A DNA stretch of 27,425 bases from a virus. Lineage: Duplodnaviria > Caudoviricetes. The stretch covers positions 1 to 27,425 of the IMG/VR virus record IMGVR_UViG_3300034523_000260. One strand, 5' to 3'. The notes under the pieces were generated by a model, which was given only the letters and a program-made list of their open reading frames with translations, was not told the origin of the DNA and did not search any database. Positions 1-8,317 of the stretch are shown here, one piece after another; positions within the stretch are counted from its first letter, which is position 1; the number at the start of each line of letters is the position of its first letter. The translations under genes and the position numbers were made by a program.

Positions 1-246
1 AGCACGGCCGGCGTGCGCCTGCAGATGGCTGGGCGAACCGATCTCTTCGCTGAACGAGTGATCAACGCCCGGGGCTTCAAGGATGGGCTGGATGGGCAGT
101 ACCTGGTCGACAGCGTCGAGCAGACGTTCGATGCCTCTGGCTGGTCAACCGCGGTGGAGTGCAACGGAGGTAAGAAGGGAAAGGCTAAAGCCAGTGGGAA
201 AAAGAAGAAGTCACAGCAGCCACTCCGGGTGGTTGAACTGGGCTAA
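1..246 (+). CDS. Phage late control/tail protein D, C-terminal part (5' truncated by window)
   Basis: Open from base 1. GRTDLFAER...GLDGQYLVDSVEQ...VECNGG aligns with the C-terminus of the tailocin gpD at 22290-23324. Confidence 0.9.
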   Translation, partial: STAGVRLQMAGRTDLFAERVINARGFKDGLDGQYLVDSVEQTFDASGWSTAVECNGGKKGKAKASGKKKKSQQPLRVVELG

Positions 247-296
247 AACCGGAGTGGCTTCGTGTCTTCATCAGCAGGGGCGATTTGCGCCAGTGC

Positions 297-2327
297 CTAC
301 CGGGCAGTGATAGGGGGTTGTGTTGCGTTCAGCAGGGCGCTCTCTATTACAGGGTACACGGCAAGTGCACCGCTTGCGCTTAGGTGGTTGTCATCGAAGT
401 ACAAGAACTTCCCGTCTCTTGTCAGTGGGCAGATTGGCCCCTGACAGAGGATGGAATCTAGGCTGATAACCGTCGCTTGTGACTCGCGAAGTGCATTGAC
501 TGAGAATGCACTGTTCGACTCATGCTCTGCCCTTGACACCGAAAGCGCATCGTATGCCGCTTCGCGACCTTTCCCTGTGCGCAGAATCTCTTTCGCGTTA
601 TTGAGTTGCTGGGGATTGTCTTCCACAAAGTAGACTTTGACGCCGATGTCGCGGAAGCGCTTAACTGTGTTGCCAATTGCCCACTGCAAGTCCTGGGCTG
701 ATTTTGAAAGAGTTGGTTCGATAGTCGGATCTTTTGCGATGAGATTATAGTCCCCAGGCTTTGTTGTTCCGCCGCTGTAATAGGACCACCGCCCCATCAA
801 TACAACGGTTGTAATTTGCTTGGACTTGATGTGTGAGAAAATACGCTCGTTAAGCGCCTGGCAATTGCGCTTTTCAATCTCCAGTTCGCCGCGCATTGAT
901 TGTACTCCCAGCAATGGCGGGCAACCGGACGCGGAGGAAAATGCGATTGACATTGAATGCGCTGCAGCTAGTTTTTCGAACGCGGGGAGCAGGCTGAATG
1001 CATGGCTGTCGCCAAAAGCAAAAATGTCTTGTTTCGTTTTTGCGGCGCCTACTTGGCAGTACCAGTTACCTTCTTTTTTGTAGGCATGTAGAACATCGAT
1101 GCATTCGGTTTGGCTTTTCGCATCTGACCTTGCGATGCTGTTTGCGTAGGACTCAAGTGCCTTGTTGGCTTGTCGTTCTGGCAGCCCGCCCATCATGTAT
1201 GTTGCGCCGCCTACTGCTGCGACGACTACCATGGTGGCAGAAAGCATTACTACCTTGAGACGTTCAGAACTGAAGTTTCTAATCGGGAGTTCAAGATAGC
1301 GGTAGGTTGCCCAGGCAAGTGCTACTGAAAGCAGCATCACGGCAGTCATTACCAGTGCGCTGGGCTCTCCTTCATTGACGCGCAGCAAGGAGAATAGTGG
1401 CCAGTGCCACAGGTACAGCGGGAAACTGATAAGGCCAAACCAGACCATGGGTTTGGCTGATAGTAGATTCTTGTTAACCCAGGCCATTGGCCCGGAAAGT
1501 ATAAGCAGGACTGCACCTATCACGGGAATGAGTGCCTTGGTGCCAGGGAAATTTGCGCCTTTCTTGATATGTAAAAGGCCAAAGACCAGCAGTGCAAGCC
1601 CCAGAAATGAAAGCAGGCTTCGCAGACGTTTTTGCTTACTGCTAAGCGTAGCCCAGGTAGTAGTGGAAATAGGCGTGTCTTTGTAGGTCGTGAACCACGC
1701 AAGCAAGCTACCCGCCAAGAGCTCCCAGAAACGCGTAAGCGGCGAGTAGAACGTTGCGGTCGGATCGTAGCCGATCAGGTTTATATTAAATGCGAATGAG
1801 GCGATGGCTGCACAGATGAGAATGCCCGCAGGGTTAACTCCGAATCGGTAGAAAATGTAAATCGCAAGCGGGGCAACAATGTAAAACTGTTCCTCTATTC
1901 CCAGGCTCCACAGATGCAGCAGGGGCTTAAGCTGTGCTGATGTGTCGAAATAGCCTGACTCGCTCCAAAGGGCAAAGTTTGAAACGAACGCCGCACCGGA
2001 GGTGATGTGTTTGCCTAGTTGTGAGAACTCTTCAGCCGTTAGTGTGAGCCAGCCTATTGTGTAAGTGGCTGTGAGTGTCAGTGCTAGTGCTGGAAAAATC
2101 CGCTTGATTCGCCTGCCATAGAAATTGGCAAAGCTGAAAGACTTGTTGTCCAGGCTTTTGAAGATTATTGATGTAATCAGAAAGCCAGAAATAACGAAAA
2201 AGATATCCACGCCAATAAATCCGCCCCTGAGCAAGGAGGGGAACGCATGAAATAATACAACGCTAAGTACCGCAATAGCGCGGAGCCCGTCAATGTCGGG
2301 CCGATATTTAATATTTGGGTTGCTCAT
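297..2327 (-). CDS. OafA-like O-antigen acetyltransferase (acyltransferase-3 plus SGNH domain), prophage moron
   Basis: YRPDIDGLRAIAV, GGFIGVDIFFVISGFLI and HLWSLGIEEQFY motifs, then SGNH motifs GDSHA and DDNH. Lower GC and opposite strand to the phage late genes. Confidence 0.92.
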   Translation of the reverse strand: MSNPNIKYRPDIDGLRAIAVLSVVLFHAFPSLLRGGFIGVDIFFVISGFLITSIIFKSLDNKSFSFANFYGRRIKRIFPALALTLTATYTIGWLTLTAEEFSQLGKHITSGAAFVSNFALWSESGYFDTSAQLKPLLHLWSLGIEEQFYIVAPLAIYIFYRFGVNPAGILICAAIASFAFNINLIGYDPTATFYSPLTRFWELLAGSLLAWFTTYKDTPISTTTWATLSSKQKRLRSLLSFLGLALLVFGLLHIKKGANFPGTKALIPVIGAVLLILSGPMAWVNKNLLSAKPMVWFGLISFPLYLWHWPLFSLLRVNEGEPSALVMTAVMLLSVALAWATYRYLELPIRNFSSERLKVVMLSATMVVVAAVGGATYMMGGLPERQANKALESYANSIARSDAKSQTECIDVLHAYKKEGNWYCQVGAAKTKQDIFAFGDSHAFSLLPAFEKLAAAHSMSIAFSSASGCPPLLGVQSMRGELEIEKRNCQALNERIFSHIKSKQITTVVLMGRWSYYSGGTTKPGDYNLIAKDPTIEPTLSKSAQDLQWAIGNTVKRFRDIGVKVYFVEDNPQQLNNAKEILRTGKGREAAYDALSVSRAEHESNSAFSVNALRESQATVISLDSILCQGPICPLTRDGKFLYFDDNHLSASGALAVYPVIESALLNATQPPITAR

Positions 2328-2470
2328 CCGTAGCCTGGTCAGTAAGTCAATCGAGCGGTGCCAGGCGAGTTTACCTGAACGAGGCTTGCCTTGACGAGCA
2401 CTCGGCCTCGCCAGTGCTCGTTGGCAATTAAGAAGGGTACGTGCCGTCTGCCCACAGTAGGAGATTCAAC

Positions 2471-3022
2471 ATGACTGTCACATTAAACCAATTGCAGCAG
2501 ATCCTCCCCAGCGCCGGCACTCAAGCCGGCGTTTTTCTTCCTTTCTTGAATGCATCGATGGTGAAGTGGGGGATCGTCACCCCATTTCGCAAGCGTGCCT
2601 GGCTCGCCCAGGTCGGACATGAGTCGGGCCAGCTGCGTTACGTTCGCGAGCTGGGCGGCGATAAGTACCTGTCGAAGTACGACACCGGCAAGCTCGCCGC
2701 CCGCCTGGGCAACACGCCCGAGGCCGACGGAGACGGCCAGAAGTACCGTGGCCGTGGCCTGATTCAGATCACTGGCCACGACAACTACAAGCGCTGCGGC
2801 GAGGCCCTGGGCCTGAACCTGCTGGCCCACCCGGAACTCCTCGAGCGCCCCGAGCATGCTGCTGACTCGGCTGGGTGGTTCTGGCACCAGGCGGGCCTTA
2901 ACTCGCTGGCCGACAAGGGGCCGTCGGCGTTCGAAGCCATCACGCGGCGCATTAACGGCGGCCTGAATGGCCTGGAGGATCGCTTGGCGATCTACAGGCG
3001 TGCCGAGCAGGTGCTGATCTGA
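2471..3022 (+). CDS. Prophage endolysin, glycoside hydrolase family 19
   Basis: AQVGHESG, YRGRGLIQITG and INGGLNG motifs. ATG at 2471 follows an AGGAG RBS. Confidence 0.93.
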   Translation: MTVTLNQLQQILPSAGTQAGVFLPFLNASMVKWGIVTPFRKRAWLAQVGHESGQLRYVRELGGDKYLSKYDTGKLAARLGNTPEADGDGQKYRGRGLIQITGHDNYKRCGEALGLNLLAHPELLERPEHAADSAGWFWHQAGLNSLADKGPSAFEAITRRINGGLNGLEDRLAIYRRAEQVLI

Positions 3023-3564
3023 TGGGCCTCGAATCACGGCTCGCCCTGCTGGCCCTGGTGTTCGGGGCCGTTGTCGGTGCACGGCTTGCCTGGTTGTGGC
3101 AGGCCAACGAGCTGGGCACGCAGGCGGCAGGCTACGAGCAGCGGCTTGCGACAAAGGATCTGGAGCACAGCCGGGAGCGGGAGGGTGCTGCGGTGGCGGT
3201 GCTCGGTCAGCTCGAACAGCAGCAGACAGCCAGGCGTGCGTTGGAAGACCGTCTGCAGCTGCAGGACAAAACCCACTGGAAGGAGATGAACGATGCCCAA
3301 CAAGCTCAGGCTCGCCTGCGCGACCGGCTTGCTACTGCTGACTTGCGGTTGTCAGTCCTGGTCGACGCCGGATCCGTTGCCGCCCAGGGTTGTGGCGGTG
3401 GGGTGCGAGCGCCCGCCGGCACCGGAGGCGTGGTGGATGGAGCCCTACGCGCCCAACTTGACCCAGCGCATGCTCGACGAATTGTCGCCATCACCGACGA
3501 AGGCGATCGAGGATTGATCGCGCTCAAGGCCTGTCAGGCCTACGTGCGCGAAACCACGAAGTAG
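3022..3564 (+). CDS. Rz-like inner-membrane spanin
   Basis: N-terminal TM helix and coiled coil, coupled to the endolysin by a TGATG overlap, C-terminal LKACQAY. Confidence 0.88.
   Translation: MGLESRLALLALVFGAVVGARLAWLWQANELGTQAAGYEQRLATKDLEHSREREGAAVAVLGQLEQQQTARRALEDRLQLQDKTHWKEMNDAQQAQARLRDRLATADLRLSVLVDAGSVAAQGCGGGVRAPAGTGGVVDGALRAQLDPAHARRIVAITDEGDRGLIALKACQAYVRETTK
3293..3517 (+). CDS. Rz1-like outer-membrane lipoprotein spanin nested in Rz
   Basis: +1-frame ORF with signal peptide/lipobox (LLLLTCGC) and Pro-rich body. A homologous nested ORF is conserved at 24403-24612. Confidence 0.78.
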   Translation: MPNKLRLACATGLLLLTCGCQSWSTPDPLPPRVVAVGCERPPAPEAWWMEPYAPNLTQRMLDELSPSPTKAIED

Positions 3565-3570
3565 TAAAGA

Positions 3571-3611
3571 GGCGAGCCGGGTGGATGCGTCAACATCCAG
3601 CCCGGCCCGCC
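3571..3611. other. Long stem-loop between Rz and the methylase (possible minus-strand terminator or small RNA)
   Basis: GGCG-A-GCCGGG-TGGATG-cgtcaa-CATCCA-G-CCCGGC-C-CGCC, followed by TCTTT on the minus strand. Confidence 0.55.
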
Positions 3612-3683
3612 GAACCCGCAGACCCTTCCTGCAAGTCCAGCCGTGGCCCCTGCCTTGTGCACAAAGCGCGGCGAGCCTAACAC

Positions 3684-3699
3684 CTGTTTATCCATACAG
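3684..3699. promoter_or_regulatory. LexA (SOS) box upstream of DNA methylase
   Basis: CTGTTTATCCATACAG = CTG-N10-CAG, 17 bp before the ATG. Confidence 0.8.
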
Positions 3700-3716
3700 T
3701 AAAGACTTGCAAACCT

Positions 3717-4511
3717 ATGACCTCTCCCATCATCCCCTGGATGGGCGGCAAACGCCGCCTGGCCGACCGCTTGATCCCCCTCTTTCCCCCTCATGAATGC
3801 TATGTCGAAGTCTTCGCTGGCGGTGCCGCGTTGTACTTCATGCGTCCCCAGGCTGCCCCGGTCGAGGTGCTCAACGACCTCAACGGCGACCTGGTGACAC
3901 TCTACCGGGTGGTGCAGAACCACCTCGAGGAGTTCGTTCGCCAGTTCAAGTGGGCGCTCAGTTCCCGCCAGATCTTCGAGTGGCAGAAGATGACCCGCCC
4001 CGAGACGCTGACCGACATCCAGCGCGCCGCCCGTTTCTTCTACCTGCAGCAGCATGCCTTCGGCGGCAAGGTCACCGGGCAGACGTTCGGTACCGCCACC
4101 ACGGGGCCGGCCATCAACCTGCTGCGCATCGAGGAGAACCTCTCGGCCGCATGGCAGCGCCTGGCCGGTACCTACGTCGAGAACCTCTCCTGGCACGATT
4201 GCGCCGAGCGCTACGATCGAGCGCATACGTTTTTCTACATGGACCCGCCTTACTGGCAGACCGCCGGCTACGGCGTCGACTTCCCGTTCGAGGAGTACGA
4301 ACGGATGGCCGATTTCATGCGGCGCTGCAAGGGCAGGGTAATGGTCAGCATCAACGATCACGCGGACATCCGGCGTGCCTTTGACGGCTTCCACTTCGAG
4401 TGCCTGGACATCCGCTACAGCAACACCAACCAACGCCAGGGCAAGGCTGACGTTACTGGCGAGCTGGTGATCATGAACTGGGTCCCCGAAGCGCTGGGAG
4501 GCCTGTTTTAG
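3717..4511 (+). CDS. Orphan DNA adenine methyltransferase (Dam/D12 class)
   Basis: PWMGGK, YVEVFAGGA (SAM binding) and DPPY catalytic motifs. Confidence 0.93.
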   Translation: MTSPIIPWMGGKRRLADRLIPLFPPHECYVEVFAGGAALYFMRPQAAPVEVLNDLNGDLVTLYRVVQNHLEEFVRQFKWALSSRQIFEWQKMTRPETLTDIQRAARFFYLQQHAFGGKVTGQTFGTATTGPAINLLRIEENLSAAWQRLAGTYVENLSWHDCAERYDRAHTFFYMDPPYWQTAGYGVDFPFEEYERMADFMRRCKGRVMVSINDHADIRRAFDGFHFECLDIRYSNTNQRQGKADVTGELVIMNWVPEALGGLF

Positions 4512-4554
4512 ATGGTTGTCGCTCAGGATCTGATCTGCTTGCTATTCGATTTAC

Positions 4555-4782
4555 GTGGAGCGTTACTGTGTCCACGATCACAAAGGAAGCCGCTTCATGG
4601 AGACCGCCGAGATGTACCTTCAAACCTTCCCCTCCCACATCCTGCTGGCGGCTCTGCGCGGTGAGATTGACCTGAACGAGCTGGCCAAACAGCAACTGGT
4701 GAGCCGCGGCCTGGATTCCGCCGGCAAGTGGGTTGGCTTTGCCGAGTCGGCCCGGTTGATGGCGGAGTCGGTGGGCAAGTAA
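4555..4782 (+). CDS. Small hypothetical protein (start may be ATG at 4597)
   Basis: Plausible codon usage and fills the gap between the methylase and SRAP. No function recognised. Confidence 0.6.
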   Translation: MERYCVHDHKGSRFMETAEMYLQTFPSHILLAALRGEIDLNELAKQQLVSRGLDSAGKWVGFAESARLMAESVGK

Positions 4783-4845
4783 ACGCTAAGCTCCAGGGCC
4801 TCCCCGGGCAATGCTTGGTCGGGGAGGTGTTGCTCAGGCTGGCAA

Positions 4846-5508
4846 CTAGGCCGGCTCGATCAAGCTCGGCCCCTGGTTGCGCACGTTGCCCACGGCAGCG
4901 CTGACCCGATACCACTCAAAGGCTTCAGCCGGTTCGCCAAGGTTGAGCGCTATCTGTTCGGCATGCTCGCTTGGCATGCCGGCTGCGATCCATTCAACAG
5001 CAAGATCGGGCGACAGCACGACTGGCCGGCGGTCATGCACGTCGACCATCCCACCCTGCGCGTCGGCGGTGATGATGACGAACCCGTCGTGCTCGTTGCC
5101 TGAGAACTGACCTATGGAGGCGCATAGGGCGGGGCGCCCATCTCGCCGGCGGATGTAGTAGGGCTGCTTCTTCGGCCCGCCTTCATCTACCCACTCGTAC
5201 CAGCCGTCAATCGGTGTGATGGCTCGGTGCGGCCAGATCACCCGGAAAAATGGTCCGTGCGCCACCTTCTCGACCCTGGCGTTGATCGGTGCAGCCCGGT
5301 CAGTCGCCCAGTGTGGCCGCCATCCCCACCTCACCAGGTCCGCCCGCGGGCCTGCGTCATCCACTCGTAGCACCGCCACGTTTGTCGTCGGCGCGACGTT
5401 GTACCGGCCAAGGGGCTGGTCGCTGACGTTGTTCCGCCAGGCATCGGGCATGCTCAGGGTATCCACGAAGTCATGTATCCCGCGGTACTAGCTCAACCTT
5501 CCACACAT
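4846..5508 (-). pseudogene. SOS response-associated peptidase (SRAP/YedK/HMCES family) with a stop at codon 7
   Basis: Reads ATG TGT GGA AGG TTG AGC TAG TAC CGC (MCGRLS*YR) in frame with RYNVAPT, INARVE, GWYEW and HDRRPV. Confidence 0.88.
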
Positions 5509-5587
5509 TTCCTATCCCCCCTGCTCGAGTAGAAAGGATAGCCCGCCGGGCGGTACTGGCCTGGGCATCCGTTTGGATGGTCAAATA

Positions 5588-5603
5588 CTGTATCTATATA
5601 CAG
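5588..5603. promoter_or_regulatory. Strong LexA (SOS) box between divergent genes
   Basis: AATA-CTGTATCTATATACAG-TATT, near-consensus and an extended palindrome. Confidence 0.9.
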
Positions 5604-5615
5604 TATTGGTGCCTC

Positions 5616-5909
5616 ATGTACTTCCTTCTCGTTCGCCGCCGTGAGCGCGGTGTCGCCATCCCGACAGACAAGCTGTCCAAGATCTCCCCGCTCAGGGCTG
5701 ACGTTCACTTACACGAGTGCCATAGTGCAGCGCTTGGGCGCTGTTGCATTGAGGCCTGGGTGTTCAACCCGGCCCCGGGCGAAGACATCATCCCTCGTCT
5801 GTTGGATGCAAAGGTGAATGGCATGGGCAGCCTTGGGCTGAACATCACGGGCGTTGAGGATGTAGACGGTGTGCTTTATGCGCAGTCCTGGTGGTGCCGT
5901 GTCGCGTAG
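5616..5909 (+). CDS. Hypothetical protein, probably SOS-inducible
   Basis: MYFLLVRRRERG...YAQSWWCRVA starts 12 bp after the SOS box, divergent from SRAP. Confidence 0.7.
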   Translation: MYFLLVRRRERGVAIPTDKLSKISPLRADVHLHECHSAALGRCCIEAWVFNPAPGEDIIPRLLDAKVNGMGSLGLNITGVEDVDGVLYAQSWWCRVA

Positions 5910-6120
5910 CGGGGAGGGTATCCCTAGGCTCTGGTTGGACGAGCTCGCCGATCGATGCGCGTGGGTCAGTGATCCAGACGGGCGCGCCGCCGTGATGAAT
6001 GAGATGGCGTATGCCGCGCGGCGTCGGCAAGAGATCGAGCCGGCGGTGCTGGTTGAGATGCTGGAGTTCGTCGAGTCGGCCAGGTGGTGGGCGCTGAATG
6101 CCCAGGAGAGCGGAGATTAG
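5899..6120 (+). CDS. Small hypothetical helical protein (start uncertain)
   Basis: ORF overlaps the end of the previous gene, has GC-rich codon usage and ends at the shift to AT-rich DNA. Confidence 0.55.
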   Translation: MSRSGEGIPRLWLDELADRCAWVSDPDGRAAVMNEMAYAARRRQEIEPAVLVEMLEFVESARWWALNAQESGD

Positions 6121-6381
6121 GCTTGTATAAATTGAGTATCTTAGGGGCACACTAAGGGTGTGAAATTTTTACGTCTGGGGGGATTAAACGGTGTAGTGGA
6201 TTGGGCAAGCCGAGCGCTATTCCATGCCTCTCTATGCCTATAGAAGCTTTACCAAGAGGTACGAGCTTCTCAAGAGTTTATCCAAGCAAAGATTAACGTT
6301 TCGTCCGGTCGATAAATAATCTGCTTTATGCTGCTTGCACCGAAAAAACCTAAATGTCTGTTTGTTTTCGTGTGGTTTAAA

Positions 6382-7515
6382 TTAAGTGGCTTTTGCCATT
6401 TCTAATCGCATAGCTAAATCAAATACCTTTTCAATGTCCTCATCAGCTATGTCTTCCTTAAGGTGTGATAGCTCGTTTTGTGAAAAGGAATCTAGGGTTA
6501 GAATGAAATCTTTTAGTTCTTGGTTCAGGGTTCTAGGAATAGGGCTGGGCGGGGGAGTAATTTGTGGGAAAAGCTTCCTGGGAAAGCCATCAGTGCTGAA
6601 TCCCATTGACGCAAAAGTTAGTCCGCTCACATTTGGCTTGCTATCTATCAGGTCTGCAATTCTACAAATCCAGTTAGATGTTTTACCGATCTTGCTAACT
6701 AGAAACCAAATGACGCATATGATGCCATAGATTTTTTTTAGTGCGGTTTGGTCCAAATTAAGGAGGTTGAAATATCCCGTTCGGGGAAGAATAAGTGCGC
6801 GAACATTTGGGCGGTTAAACACCCTGCTGTGGTGAGCGCATCGATTTCGAATGCCGTTAATGTTTATGAGCCAGTTATCAAGTACCTTTCTATTGTCGAT
6901 GCCAATTTTTTCGCAAATAAGCATTTGGGTAGAACCGTTGAGCATACTATAAAGTTTAGAAATAGTACCAAAGCTCCACGCTTCGCAAGCAACCCAAATT
7001 GGAATCGGCTTTCCGGAACTCAAATGTGAGCGAATACTATCTTCACGGCTATTTTCCAGTAAGGCATCGTGCTTGATGTGCCATTGGTCAAAGTCCGAAT
7101 GCTTCTCGCCATCTCTAATTGCAAAAGAGTCTTTAGAGAAATGCCTTTTGATTTTGTGCGCGAGTGGATCTAGCCTGCCAAGTTCATGGGCAATAATAGT
7201 GCGAAGAAAAACTTCTATGCGTTCAATTGCACAGGTAAGCTCTAATCGTAGCTTTTTATCAAAGAGGTATAGTTCGAATACCGACTCAAAGCTTGTATTA
7301 GGTCTGAATTCGTTAAGCTTTTCGTAAACGCCTTCATCATTTTTCTTATATTTTAATGCTGGCGACCAGTAACCCGAAAGCCTGTAATACCCGACCTGAG
7401 TAAGCTTCCTCTGCGCCCTTAGGGGACTATCTAAAATCATTCCTCTCTTGGCCAGCTTATTAATAAGCTCATCGTACTCCAAAAAAGGCTTAACACTTTT
7501 CTTTTGCTGATCCAT
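6382..7515 (-). CDS. Abi-like protein (Abi_2, AbiD/AbiF family, HEPN RNase)
   Basis: KPFL...KRGM, VGYYRLSGY, LYLFDKKLR, IEVFLRT, PIWVACEAWSFG and the HEPN motif RNRCAHH. AT-rich. ATG 7515 preferred over TTG 7626. Confidence 0.88.
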   Translation of the reverse strand: MDQQKKSVKPFLEYDELINKLAKRGMILDSPLRAQRKLTQVGYYRLSGYWSPALKYKKNDEGVYEKLNEFRPNTSFESVFELYLFDKKLRLELTCAIERIEVFLRTIIAHELGRLDPLAHKIKRHFSKDSFAIRDGEKHSDFDQWHIKHDALLENSREDSIRSHLSSGKPIPIWVACEAWSFGTISKLYSMLNGSTQMLICEKIGIDNRKVLDNWLININGIRNRCAHHSRVFNRPNVRALILPRTGYFNLLNLDQTALKKIYGIICVIWFLVSKIGKTSNWICRIADLIDSKPNVSGLTFASMGFSTDGFPRKLFPQITPPPSPIPRTLNQELKDFILTLDSFSQNELSHLKEDIADEDIEKVFDLAMRLEMAKAT

Positions 7516-7535
7516 AGCGAAAATTATTTTTAGAC

Positions 7536-7595
7536 AAAAAAAAGGCCAAGACGTCACCGACTCGATGGACGGGAGAGGACTTGGCGCTGTTGGGT
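7536..7595 (-). ncRNA. Candidate leader/antitoxin RNA upstream of the Abi gene
   Basis: GCCAAG...CTTGGC stem followed by T8, lying between a sigma70-like promoter and the Abi start. Confidence 0.5.
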
Positions 7596-7598
7596 CGA

Positions 7599-7626
7599 AA
7601 TCTATCACGGATTTTCTAAATGTCAA
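7599..7626 (-). promoter_or_regulatory. Sigma70-like promoter for the Abi leader and gene
   Basis: TTGACA, 16-bp spacer, then TAGATT preceded by TGn (extended -10). Confidence 0.65.
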
Positions 7627-7702
7627 CAGGGTGTCGATAAAAAAAATTAATCAATTCCGATGCCTCACGAGGTCCCTCGACGGTTCTGCTCGCGAGTGGT
7701 GG

Positions 7703-7752
7703 TGGGGCAAAAATGGGGCAAACCAAGCGCCACTCTATGCCCTTGTATGCCC
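7703..7752. repeat. Putative integrase arm-type and accessory-factor sites
   Basis: TGGGGCAAA x2 (7703, 7714) and TATGCCC x2 (7736, 7746), about 90-140 bp inside the junction. Confidence 0.6.
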
Positions 7753-7825
7753 TGATAGGCATTGGCCGCGGCCCTCAGCAAAACGCTCCTACCCCTTTAA
7801 TTACGGGTTGTGGCGCTGATCTTCT

Positions 7826-7870
7826 TCAATACTCCAGCACAATCGGGGTGTGTGCGGAGAGATCAGACAT
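7826..7870 (-). pseudogene. mutS: Orphaned 5' fragment of mutS at the prophage junction
   Basis: Encodes MSDLSAHTP-IVLEY*. MSDLSAHTP(MMQQY) is the Pseudomonas MutS N-terminus, at the expected position and orientation upstream of the tailocin, cinA and recA. Confidence 0.85.
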
Positions 7871-7991
7871 TCAGGGCCTTACAGCGGGTGGTCTGGTGGC
7901 AAATTTCGAAACCGTCAATGGTACAGGCTTTTTTCGGTGGGCGCAGGTTGGATGGGGGGGGCAAATCTGCGCGGGCTGTCAGGCGTTGACC

Positions 7992-8195
7992 TCAGCCCGG
8001 TTGGCCGAAGAACTGGTTGAGGAGAATCAGTTCCATGATCACCACCAGCACGCAGAACATCACGAAACCTCGGCTAAAGACCCGTCGTGGCCGTTCAAGG
8101 GACGGCCAGTCCTGGATATTCAGGGCCGCCATCAACGCAATGATCAACCCGACAAGCAGGCAGGTGGGCCAGCGGCGTCGCGGCGAAAGGTCCAT
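7992..8195 (-). CDS. Small hypothetical membrane protein
   Basis: 67 aa with two hydrophobic segments. May be a remnant. Confidence 0.4.
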   Translation of the reverse strand: MDLSPRRRWPTCLLVGLIIALMAALNIQDWPSLERPRRVFSRGFVMFCVLVVIMELILLNQFFGQPG

Positions 8196-8317
8196 GCCGT
8201 TTTCCGATCCATGGTGAGAAAGCGCGACGATAGCGATGGCCCGGGGAGAGGGGCAACCTTTGTTTTGCGCTTGCCTGGCCATTGCATTTGCGCTGCCACG
8301 GATGCATTATGCGCATT

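Larger units (their letters stand above)
1..7852. mobile_element. Right end of a P2-like (contractile tail) prophage integrated in the 5' end of mutS
   Basis: Tail gpD end, lysis cassette, methylase, SRAP and Abi cargo, then direct repeats resembling integrase arm sites and an abrupt junction with the first codons of mutS. The integrase is outside the window. Confidence 0.85.

Noticed and set aside
7516-7626. 37-aa N-terminal extension of the Abi ORF from TTG 7626
   Set aside because: The TTG is part of the TTGACA -35 box and the extension crosses a terminator. Family similarity begins near MDQQKK.
7800-7900. tRNA gene as integration site
   Set aside because: No cloverleaf or T-loop/CCA. 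The junction matches the mutS start instead.
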